This document shows positions 24,600 to 35,545 of a stretch of DNA of 64,000 nt, one piece after another. The notes under the pieces were generated by a model. It was not told the DNA's origin and searched no databases. It was given only the letters and a program-made list of their open reading frames with translations. The DNA is from Raillietiella orientalis (taxonomy: Eukaryota): NCBI GenBank assembly GCA_036172245.1, contig JAYWIR010000001.1, positions 10,602,001-10,666,000 of the forward strand, written 5' to 3'. Position 1 is the first letter of the stretch. Each line of letters opens with the position of its first letter. A program made the translations under genes and the position numbers.

Positions 24600-26800
24600 C
24601 CGAGGGAACGGGGACCTCGAAAAACGGGATGCGGGTCAGCGAGAACGAGTCTCGGTGTCGGGCTCACGCTACGGATGCTGTCGTCTCAGCCCAGCGCAAA
24701 TGATCTTCTGGTTCGGGGAACTGCCGTCATCACCGCCAGCGCTCCCGCCTCCCGCCTGTGCTCCAGCCTTCCTCGGCACTCCCCATCCACTGTGGCGGCG
24801 AATTTTCAGGGCTCTGGACGTGCGGCTGCTCTGTCCTGGTTTCGGTTTCCGCGCGTCAGAGGGCTGGCGACTAGGGATCAGTGGGGAGGGTTCGGTTCCG
24901 GGGTTGCAGATCTTCAGAACTGCCTTCAAGCGATTATCATGGGTAAACGCCCGCTCTCGTCACGGGCGCAGAGCGAGGATGGTGAATGGTGAACGTCTCT
25001 CTCATCCAGTTCCCGAATTTTGGTTGTTAAGAGATTTACGCTTGCCACATGGGGAGTGCCGACTGAATTATCCAAGGGGGCTATTTTTTGAAGGGGAGGG
25101 GGGTGTTTTTGTTGCGCGAGCAGAGCTGACCGCCGTTACTTCCCGGAGGTCTTTCGAGGCGCCTTTTCCTGGAAGAAAGTTGGAGGGAGGCAAGGGGCGC
25201 ACGATAGAAGACGCTGGAGTGGAGAAAACTGCAAGCGCCCCTCTGATTGAGAAAAGGAACAAGAGATCCGGAAAAATTCGGAATTTCTTCTCCCGGCATC
25301 GCGGGAACCTCGTCACCCTCGTCTCCGTCGGCGAATGCCCCCCCTCTCCTTCCCCCTCCGTGGCGACCGTGTCTGCTCTGACGGCAGTCCGAGAGTGCTG
25401 CTCCTGCCTTGCTCCGAGAAGGCCCTGCAGCTCGTCGAAGGTGCGCAGCCGGGAACCTTTTCTATTTCCCTCTTGCTCCGCCTCGGTCTCCTGACGCTGG
25501 AACGGATGAAGCTACAGATCCAGTTCAGCATCCTTGCCCTCGTAGCGAAGTCGTGGAGCGCCACCTGCTGCTAATTTGTGCTCCTCCTCGTCCAGCAGGC
25601 CACCGGCAGCGCTCGCCGTGTACTCAGCCTCTCCCACTGTGGACTGCAGCTCTGGCGAGTGGTAACCCTAACAAGGACCCACGACGCCTGGATCTCCTAC
25701 CTCTCCGCGAACGGCAGTGCCTGGTTACGGGAAACCGTTCGCACGTGGGAGAGGAAACAGGAGCGATGCCTGGAACAGGTGCAAAGATTCTTGCACAGGT
25801 CTTACCGAAGCTGCTTGCTCGGAAGATCCTCGAGCATTCCGGGCAGGAAGAACCTCCTTTGCCGCAGAGCTGCCCTTCCTGAGGGGGCACATAGGCAGCA
25901 ACATTCCAGCAAGATGGGAAGTATCCAGGGAGATCTCTGGCTGGAGAAGAGGACTTGGAGAGTAGACGACGAGCCAGCTTAGGGACGCTGCAACCCTGAG
26001 TTTCCACCCACCCACCTGCCCATCATCTGAGGACTTTTGCGCTAGGGAGAGCTACTGGGTATTCCCGAGGAGAACCTACAGTGACCTCCAGTGCTTCTAG
26101 ACAGACCTCCCATTAAAGTTTCAGGAGTTGGTATTGATGCTGCTGCACTGGGACCTCCTATTCAACTCCCGCTGTTGTCACTGGACACGGATGGGGGGGG
26201 ACCCGGACTGTGACAGGTGCGGAGAGCACGAATCCCTCCCACACCCGCTTTTGGAATTGTGCTGCTCTCCAGTCCCTCTGGGGGAGCCTCGTCGCGACCC
26301 TAGCAACCCCCGGCGGCAGCTTCAGAGGTACATGAAGACCGCCCCTCCTAGGCAACGCACTTCAGCCGGCAGTCTCGCTAGCAACCCACTGCCAACCTAC
26401 GCGGGGTTGTGGCGGCCTGGAGCGATTCAAGGGGAGGGCGGAGCGACAGGGGTGCCACATCCACCTTCCCGTCCGCTTCATGAGGATGGCAACAAGATGA
26501 CCCCCCACCTTGGATCATACATAGCATCAACTTGCCAGCATCCTTCGAAGGATGCAGAGCAGCGCCCCCAGCAGGACCTGCATCTTCCCAAGTTTATTTA
26601 CTTTTTTTTTTCTTTTTGTCTGCCACCTCCCTCTGCTGCCAGGACGGAACCCACCGGTCTGCGTATAGGCCATCCGGCACGCTCCTTTTGAAATGGGAGT
26701 GGCCAGACCACGGGTTTTATTACAAACAATTGTGGATGCTTATTTTCGCACCAAATGAACGCCCCCCAGTGTATCCGGATGGGAACTCGCCCTCCCTGTC
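24600..26800 (+). mobile_element. Decayed L1/Tx1-like retrotransposon (RT remnant to 3' end)
   Basis: MVNGERLSHP (~24980; cf. VNG.LS.PF), LGLLTLERM (~25485), CCHC zinc-binding motif PDCDRCGEHESLPHPLLELC (~26203-26262), shared 3' UTR. Confidence 0.6.
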
Positions 26801-27241
26801 GCGCGTGTGCGCGCCGCACCCTCATGGCCCTGCAGTCCGAGGCAAATGAAGCCCATTCGTTTGTCTGGAAGCGACAGCAACAAATAGGCCGTCCAGACCA
26901 AATTATCAGGCTAAATTGAGCAGCGCCATTTAATTTCACTCCAATTAGCTTCCCCGATCCGGCTAAGCGCCACTCATTCAGATTCTGTATCTCGAGTAGG
27001 CTGCTCCAGACTCCCGGATCTGCAACCCTCGTAAATGGGACCCACTTGGACAAGTCTCGGTCGTGTAGGCGTATGAAATAGCCCCCCTTCCTTTCTCCCC
27101 CTTGATTTGTGGCCACGGGAACGCGTGACTCTGCGTGCGTGAAACCGCTCTCAGGATGCCAGGCGTCGATGAAGCCTTCGTCTGCTTAGGGAGGGGGTCG
27201 CCAAGCTCCTCCGGCACTTCTCACGCCGCCCGAGGATGCAC

Positions 27242-27995
27242 GTGACCCTTCAAGTTAGGAGACAACTCCGTAGGAGCTACCCTACGAATCCAGGAAGGCC
27301 TTAGAGTAAGGATTACGTTCCTCTCAAGCTTGAGACGGAGTCCCGAAGGGAACCACCTCTTCCTCTCTTCTTCCTCTCTCCCTTCCCTCCTTTTTCTTTC
27401 CTTCTCTCCTTTTCATCTCTTCCTCCTTCTCTTCCTCCCTTCTTATTTCTTATTCTCTCCGGAGGGAACCCCAGAGGGGGAGTTACTCCTCGTGTCCTCT
27501 CCAAAGGGCGACCCGGAAAGGATCCGCTCCTGGAATTTCTTCTCCGGAAGCATCCTGCAAGGGAACCGCTCCTCATACCCTCTTCCGAAGAGAACCCCGA
27601 AGGGATGCTTCCCAATTTCTTCGAAGGGTTATCCCTCGAAGGGAGCAGTGCTCTTCTGACACTCTGGAGAGGCAACTTTTCCAGGGGAGCATCAATCAGC
27701 TCCATGGTACGCGATGATGCGGCTCTACTTTCACAACCGGGGGGCTCCTTGGTTCCTGGAAGGATCCCGGGGAGTAGAATCTCAATCCCGGCCACTCAAC
27801 GGGGCCATCCACCAGTGCTTCCGGCTCCCACCAGTGCCGCACACCCGAAGCCTTCAGGTCAACCAGCGTCATTCTGCGGGGGAGACTCGAATCCCACGGC
27901 GCACTCTCTGTTCTCGTCGTCGATCTTTCCCCGGGCGGGATTCGAACCCGCGACGGTTGGTAGCGCGCGCGCGGAGGCCACACGGCCGCCTAAGG
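27242..27995 (-). mobile_element. tRNA-derived SINE, copy B (with internal CT-tract expansion)
   Basis: B box rc at 27938-27948, A-box-like GGCCGTGTGG; colinear with copy A to its 3' end. Confidence 0.8.
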
Positions 27996-28649
27996 CAGGC
28001 CATTTCAAAAAGGCAGCCACGACGCCGAAGAGCATCTGTGGAGGGAAGCTCTCACCCCTCCGGAGGGCGGACTCGGAATCCCGAGACCAACCGCAGGCAG
28101 CTCCTCGCTCACACTCCGCTTCCGGAGGGCGTCTCGGCAAGCCTCCCATGGAAGCACGGGGACCACGGCATATCTTCGAGCACTTGCCTCGGTGGAAAGC
28201 AACCACGGAAGCCTGTCACAAAAGCCAAGAGTGCAGGATACACTTCGTGGTGGAATGTGAGGACCATCTCCACGAAAGGCAGAAGAACATGCGGGGGAGC
28301 AGTTTCTACCATCCTGTTAGCCTGCAGCCACCCTCTCCTTCCTTCACCCTTCGTTCCCTCCACCGGTGACGTAACCAAGATACGCCTCTCGATTTCACTG
28401 TTGCGTATTTTTTTTTAAAAAACAAAACAAAACATGTGTAAGCACTTGGGGGAACAGAATAGACCGAACGCCGCCACTGTGGCAGGGTTTAAACGTCCAA
28501 GAATCTATAATCAAAGACGACGACCTAGAACGTGCCCATAATGTGCACGCCGGGAACACCCGCACCTTCGAGCACGCCTCGCTTTCGAGCACCTGATCAT
28601 AGAGAATTTTCGGTTCTTTTCGTGCTGCGCCCTCGACGGCACCGCCAAG

Positions 28650-29700
28650 AGCTTGGAGATGCTCCCACCACCCCTCTTACTTCGGCGGGTACTTTCCTAG
28701 AGGCGACGTTCTCGGCGCGCCCCACTCTCCACCTTCCGTTCAGTCTCTCCCAGCGCTCCTGGAGGACGCACCCGGAGCCAGGCGGCGCGCAGAGTCACCG
28801 CCTCCGGCCTCGTCTCGGAGCTCCTTCCAGGGATGCGCTGGACGGCTGTCGCAAGCACCCCCTGCTCCAGCAGTGGAGTCCAGCTGGTCCTCTTCGCCTG
28901 TTCGGCCGCCTCATTCCTTGCCGCAGCAGCGCAATCTGCCCTGCGGCCACGCAAAGACAGTCGCCTGCCGGCGGGGCAGGGAGTGCCGCTGCGCGACGAC
29001 AGGAGCGACCGAACTCCTGGGAGGCTGGAAGACGTGCGAGCTGGTGAACAGACCGCCGCCACTCCGTGCCCTCGGGCGAAGGGGCTGCTTCGATACTGCC
29101 CGGTGTGACCCCCGAAGAACTCCCTGTCCTTTCTTCGTGAACGAACACTTCGGCGTTTCCCCTTGAAGTGGAAGCAGGATGCCCTCGTGTTTGCGCACTG
29201 GGGTCTCCAGGGCAACCGGCGTCGTCACCTCTGCTCAAGGTGCGAGGCGGCGGAATCGTTCCCGCGCATGCTGTTGGACCGCCGTGCCTCGAGGGGGGGG
29301 GAACTGTGGCTTCAGAACTCTTCCACACCGCGGACACTTCCGACGACTGGCTGCGGCGACTCTCCTCCGGAAGAAGAGTCACGACAGGCGCCCTCATCGC
29401 GACGAGATGCTGCACCCGCGCCATCGTCACGGTTCGCCATTGGATGGAGTCTCGGACTCAAAGAAGGGAGGCCACCCGCGTGGCAGCCACCGACGCCAAG
29501 GCGGCTGCGAGGTGGCCTCACCTATAGCAAGGAGTCGAGTCGAAGGCCGCCGGCACTCTGCGCCGTTCCTGAGCGCGGGGAAGCGACGCAGACCCCAGTC
29601 CCCTTTTCTTTCTTTGTTGTCCCTTCCCCTTCCTCTTCGGACTTGCCTCAGCAAATGATCTGCGTGTCGACCTGCGAACCTCCCCTTTGAACTTCTTTGC
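28650..29700 (+). mobile_element. L1/Tx1-like retrotransposon 3' relic
   Basis: Degenerate zinc motif LCSRCEAAESFPRMLLD (~29230-29280) followed by ALIATRCCTRAIVTVRHW...AARWPHL, shared with the 21730-22700 copy. Confidence 0.6.
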
Positions 29701-31820
29701 CATAGTTGCCGTTGTTGTCACTGCTGTTCCGGGGACTGCCTTCCCACCCTGCTTGTTTATTCTTGTAAAACAAACGGGTGAGAAGCTGCTCCAGTGCTCG
29801 TTTCTTCATCGGGGGCACCAGTTCCCCGCGCCATCCTAGTCCGGCGACTCCTCTGCGCGGCCGGTCTGCGAGGATGCCAGCAGGGAAGGTCTGCCGAGAT
29901 GTCGAGCAGGTTCCGTCGCCCTCTCGAACTCAGGGAGGTCCACGGGGGAGCAACGGCGCTGAGGCGTTCGCCGCTGAACGGAACGGCGTCGCCCCAACGC
30001 AGGAACGCGACCTTCCCCTGACCCGGGTGTTCCACGCTTGAAGGTGTTCACGCTGTCCTGCGTCGCTCCCGAGCTGGGGGTCGGACTAGCACTCTTCCTT
30101 TCGCGCGCGCGCACCAGACGTGTGATTCCGGGCGCTTCCTTTTCGAGAGTCGATTTCTCCCTCATTTTTTTTTTTTTGGGGGGGGGGAGGGTGCGCCGGC
30201 CTCCGTGCCGTCTGGAATCCCCGCTGATCGCCGCTGCTTGCGTCTTGCATCGATCTCCGCGGAGACGCGAATCCACCCCAGTCTTCTCCAGCTGGCAAAC
30301 ACGCTTGCATCCTTTTCTTGGCTGCCGCCCGCAGCGCCGGAGACCTTCCGGGAGAGGTCTGGCACGGAGGATGGAAGCCGGGGTGAGCAGGGTAGCGGAT
30401 GGTCGTACAGTGACATTTGGCTAGAAGATGGTGCCGCAACTTTTCCGGTTTTCCCCTAGTGAAGCGTGCTGAAGTGTTGCGCATTCATTACGCCCTGCCG
30501 CCGGCGACTGTACTTTCAAGGAGGATGGGGAGAAAAACCTACAGGTGACTGCAGTAAATTGGTAATCATGATCTCAGTAAATCGCTGTTAATATGCAATA
30601 AGAAAGGAAATTGGATTCAGTTCTCATTATATAATAGCTGAATAGAATAGAAGAATATTTCCCGTCTATTTCACTACGCTCCTTACATTTTTACATAACA
30701 ACCGGTGTTCGCTCATGTTTAGGCCTCGCTCACAACAGTCCTTCCCAGCTCATGATTCTGCTACCTTTCAGCATATTTTCCAGCTAATATTTCCTAAGAG
30801 CCTATTGCATTGCTGAAAAATCAACACATTTCCAAAAGTTAGTTGGGTTCTCGAAAATTATGGTGTCTCCAAAAAGAATTTAAGCTCCTGATATCTTATT
30901 TCACTTCAGGAACTTATTGCACTTTTAAAATCTTATTACTTTTTTAAGAGCTGATCACGTTATTCACTTTACTTGCATGAGAACTCATTAAAAGCGTGCC
31001 GTTTGTTCATTACCCTATCAAGACCAGGACAGAAATTCCGAAGCAGGAGGATCGATCAATAAATGCGCTTACACCAGCATTTCGAAGAAACGGATCCCAT
31101 AAAGATGCGACTAATCTTGAGGAGTAGTGAAGCAACCCTTTTGTCTGCTTTTCACATCAACTCCTGACAGATGCACGCATTCGCTGTGGTGAGCTGAAAG
31201 CTTTTTAGTGACGGACTGGTAAGACGCAACCTTTAACCTTTTTCGTCCATAGCTGGTATGTTTTGCCTCGTTCCGAAAGCTCTTGGCGCCTTTCTCTTAC
31301 CAAAGCTTTCTCTGTTTCAAAGCGTCTTCACTGTGGATTGAAACGAGCTGGTATTCTGGAGCTGTTGCACCTCTTAACTTCTAGCCAAACCCAACCCGCA
31401 CCCTAGACAGGAATGCACGTGTCTAGGAGAGCCCGCTCCTACGACCGACCGACGGTGCTCTGAGCTACAAACGGTCGCAGTTGCTTCACTCTGGCCGGCA
31501 GTCTTACAAAATATTGCATCGCCAACGAAAGAGTTTGGGTTGTTTACTCCAGACCAAAGGCTTCGCCAAAAAAAAGGAAAACTCGCACACTGCTGGAGTT
31601 AGAGCTGTTTCTCGAAATCTGCAGAGGGAAGGAAAGTGCTGTCCCGGGTGTGCATCTTGTGCTTTCGCAGACTGGAAAGCAATACTCGACAAGCTGGCGG
31701 GGGGCTCCTGTATGAAAGACCCCCTTCCTTCGAAAAACCGAAACTTGGCACGCGTCTGAAAGTCACGTGCGCAGAGAACAGCTGTTTTTAACGATTCCTA
31801 TTCGGATGGTCATAGATGGT

Positions 31821-31920
31821 TATTCCCAACAATGCATAGGAGGACTATCTTTAACAATGCCTGGGAGAACCATCTTCAACAATTCCTGAGCGAACTATGT
31901 TTAACAATGCTTGGGGATGC
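31821..31920. repeat. Minisatellite, 4 x 25 bp
   Basis: tattcccaacaatgcataggaggac / tatctttaacaatgcctgggagaac / catcttcaacaattcctgagcgaac / tatgtttaacaatgcttggggatgc. Confidence 0.85.
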
Positions 31921-32899
31921 AGCTATTTGCTACGAGCATGTGTTATTGTTATTTTTAACAGCGCTACCTGCTTTTAAAAAATGTACCCAATAGTATTTCA
32001 GTAACCTTGTAGCTCTTTTGCATCATGAAATGAAACAAATATCATTATCAAAATATTTTTACAGAAAAAGTGGGACAGAAAATAGAATAAAATGCTGTAG
32101 TATCTGCAGAAGGACTATCTCACCATCTGTAATGCACCAGTAGTTAACCTTGCTTGCCGGAGGATCCTCATGGGACCAGATATCTATCCGATTACAGTCG
32201 CATTGTGTAGGAAAATGAGATCTGCATCCAAATCTCATTTGCAATCGATTATGAATGGTTATTTGCCTTCACCAGAAAAGTCTGTCAACCAGAAACATCT
32301 TGCGCCCCTCCTTGCATGCCACAGTTTAGGCAGCAGAACCAGCAGCTACGAAGGAGAACACGAATTTCAGGACGACATCCAATGCTGTAACCCTTTTTTG
32401 GAAGTGGATGACTTCCCTCGATGGCGCTCACGAGTGAGCTTGTTCCAGAACGGATGTGTATCATCATCACCAAACTGTGGGTTTCCCTCCTGAAGCTTCA
32501 GGATTCATAGAGCAGCCGCGCGATCGAACTAAACCTGTCTCTTGCAGGAGCACCCAAGAGGAGACATGCAATACCTACGAGATGAGACGCACAAGGTCCC
32601 TGCGAGAGGCACATGCCTTTGCTCAGCAATTGAGGGTCACAGAACAGGAGAAACCTCTTATGGTCTCCTCGAAGTCAAGGGTGACAAGATGGATTCTGAA
32701 AAATGATCACAAACACGAGATGTGACTGACATCTTCTGACCGAGAAGCAAAGCGGGTCGTTCCTTTTTTCCGGTTGAGCGGTTCTTCGGGGTCCCCTACC
32801 CTTGGCGAAGAGGAGACGAGAGGTGCTGCTGCCAGCAGAAGAAGGAGGTTCCTTTTTTTTTTTTTTTTCCCCTCCACCGGAGACGCTTCTTCCGGAAAA

Positions 32900-33550
32900 T
32901 GCAGGCTCTCCGTTCCGCTAAAGCGATTTTTTTCTTGCCTTTAGCGCAGAAAATCATGCATTCTCCTTGCGGAGATGCTTCCGCCGTCGCTCTTTTGCCG
33001 GCTGGAGGATCGAGGAGCAGAGGTCTGCGGATCTACACACCTCTCTCCTCTTCTCCCGTCCAGGGCTACGGAAGAGCGAGACCTTGCACCGTCTCGACAT
33101 TCTGAGGAGGTGGTCAGGAAGGGTTACTGGCAGCTCAAAAAGCCTCTGTTCTCCTGCCCTTTCCCCACTTTGGCGCGCGTGGTCGGAGCTCAAGAGTCGC
33201 TCATCTTCAAGTGGATGCAAGAGACGCGCGCATCCATTCGTCCTTGTTGGCCGAGGCAAAGTCAGCAGACGAGCACCAGGCAAAGGACGCTGGTCCCTGG
33301 AGGGAGAGGGGAGGAGCTACTGGAGACTTCCTCATCGCAACATCCCTTTTTCCTCCAGCTACGGTCTCGGTTCCTTCCCCTTTCACATCCCACCACGCGT
33401 CCCTCTCTTCTCTCTTATCGGAATGGTGTTCCCGGGTGCATCATGGTGGCACAGCCTCTTTCATCTTCTCCGCCCCTCCCTTCCCCTAACTGGACTACTC
33501 AGTCCCACGGAGGCCTCAGGAGGCCGACCAGTGTTTTCTCCGCTTTTGAG
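32900..33550 (+). mobile_element. Possible LINE endonuclease-end relic
   Basis: RKGYWQLKKPLF resembles the G.G.WKLN..L motif that follows L1/Tx1 APE domains; single motif only. Confidence 0.3.
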
Positions 33551-33572
33551 AGTTCTAAGGATCCCCTTAGGT

Positions 33573-33608
33573 TGACAGATGGCCGTGGATCCCCACGGCC
33601 ATCTGTCA
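33573..33608. repeat. Perfect 16-bp inverted repeat with 4-nt loop
   Basis: TGACAGATGGCCGTGG-ATCC-CCACGGCCATCTGTCA. Confidence 0.95.
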
Positions 33609-33659
33609 GACGAGGCATCTAACCCTGCTCCTGCTCTTACCCTTTCCGGTAAGATGAAT

Positions 33660-33905
33660 AGGAGTAGTTATTCCTATGCCTTCCTCTTCCACTTCCATTC
33701 ACCCTTCCACCCCTTTTATTACTAATGCCACAGCCACTCCTCCTCCTCCTCCTAATACCACTACAACTGCTGCTGCTGCTTATACTACTACTACTACTAC
33801 TATTCCTCCTCCAACCCCTGCAACTACCAGTGTTGCTAATACTACTACTACTCTTCCGAATCCCTTTCCTCTCACTGCTCCTACTTTCACTTCTTCCCCC
33901 TCCCC
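33660..33905. repeat. Compound trinucleotide microsatellite (CCT/ACT/GCT)
   Basis: Runs of (CCT)n, (GCT)n and (ACT)n. Confidence 0.85.
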
Positions 33906-35029
33906 GCCGCCTGAGTTCCCCGCTCCGCTCGACGAGGTGCATCCATGAAAGAAATTTCAGCGTCAACCTCTGCGAGGACGCGAGGTGTTCCGCGTTCGGA
34001 AGACGTCAGAGAAGTCGAGGACGGTGGAGGCGAAGAGCAGGCGGAATGCGCGGAGATGGTCATCCGGTCGGACGGAGATGCTCGTTGGTGTCTGCCTTCC
34101 CCCAGACCAAGGTGCGCACAGAGGACAGCATCCTCCCTATCTCTGTGAATTGCGAGCAGCAGCCCTTCTCCCGGCATCGTGCGAGTTTTGCTTTTAGGTG
34201 GGGGGGAAGGAGAGAAGAAAACGCCTCGGGGTAGCCGAACAATCACCCTTCCCACCTTCGTTCGTTCTGAAGGATCGGGATCTTTGTGTGGCTCTCAAAG
34301 ACGTCTTCTTCCCAGCTGCGAAACGGACTCTGCATGTACCTGGAGACGGACGAGTCCGTCGGAGCCAACAGAACCAGTACGAAGAAGAGAGGAGCGTGCA
34401 TGCGAGCATGCCTCTCTTTGCTACTTCTCCCTGTTTCGCGTTTGCGTTGCGCCTAGTGGATCCTTGACACGGTTGCTAGGAGAGCTTACATGTGATAATG
34501 ATGCCGATTCCGATCTCTCTGGGTCCCCTACCGTTCGCTCTCCTTCCCAAAAACGGAGGACGAGGGGAGAAAAAAAGACCGCGTTGGGAACAAATCTGGA
34601 GCCATCGATCACAGGGTTGTCCTGTTGGGAGGCTTTCGGTGTGAATCGCGAGAGCCATTTTTCTCTCCCTCTTAAGGAAACCACGAAATTAAACGTGAGA
34701 CTCGTTAAAGAAGTACGTGACCGGCAACCACTCTTCACGGGGAGCATCTCCGTAAGCTTCTTTCATCTCTCTAATCTGGCGGTTCGAACGAAAGCGGTCC
34801 GCGGTGGCTGGGGAGCGGTTTCCAGTGGCGGCACGGACCGCGCTCGCTTTGGCCTTCGCGGCAAGGACTACGGCCAGACCGGCTGCTTCCCGACTGCTGC
34901 CGTGGCCAGAGAGGATCCGGGTCTCACGCCGCTGCGCGGTTTCCAGAAACGGGGCTTGCGGGGCGAGGGTGCTTGAGGCTCGACAAGTCCTCTCGTAGCT
35001 AGCGAATCGGATCCTGAAAGAACCCCACG

Positions 35030-35545
35030 CCGGCGGCCGTAAGCCTGGGTTCCACGCGCGTGCTGCCAAGAGTCGCGGGTTCAAATCCCACCCGGAGAAA
35101 CATCGACGCCGAGAAATGAGTGCATCGTGGGTTGCGGGTCTCCCTCGCAAGATGACGCTGGTTGGCTCATATTCGTATGCGGCACTGGTGGATGCCCCCT
35201 TGAGTGGCCGAGATTGGAAGTCGACTCTTTGGAGTCCTTCCAGGAACCAAGGAGCAACAGTTCCCTTCGGGATCCCCCTCCGGTGGTCGAGACGGAGCCG
35301 TACCATTGCGTACAATGGAGCTGGTTGATGCCTCCCTTGAAGGGTTGCCTTTCCAGAGTGTCAGAAGCGCCCTTCAGAAAAATTGGGAAACTCCCTTCGG
35401 GGTCCTCTTCGGATGAGGGAACGAGAAGCGGGTTCCCTCCGAAGAAGGAATTCCAGGAGCACATCCTTTCCAGGTGCCCTTCGGAGATGAAGTAATGGAG
35501 TGACTCCCTCCGGGGAGTCCCTCCGGAGAGAATAAGGAAGAGGAA
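35030..35545 (+). mobile_element. tRNA-derived SINE, copy C (3' end replaced by GA tract)
   Basis: B box GGTTCAAATCC at 35078-35088; body colinear with copies A and B. Confidence 0.8.

Noticed and set aside
23682..25494. Two overlapping ~430-aa ORFs
   Set aside because: They cross a SINE fragment and LINE debris in GC-rich DNA; no coherent domain or splice structure.
27925..27995. tRNA gene suggested by GGTTCGAATCC (also 2133, 24051, 35078)
   Set aside because: I cannot build a full cloverleaf, and each is attached to a shared repeat body, so these are SINE heads.
31821..31920. CRISPR-like array
   Set aside because: Contiguous diverged tandem units without unique spacers, in eukaryotic DNA with no cas genes.
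33676..33948. Mucin-like Thr/Pro-rich ORF
   Set aside because: Product of a compound trinucleotide microsatellite.
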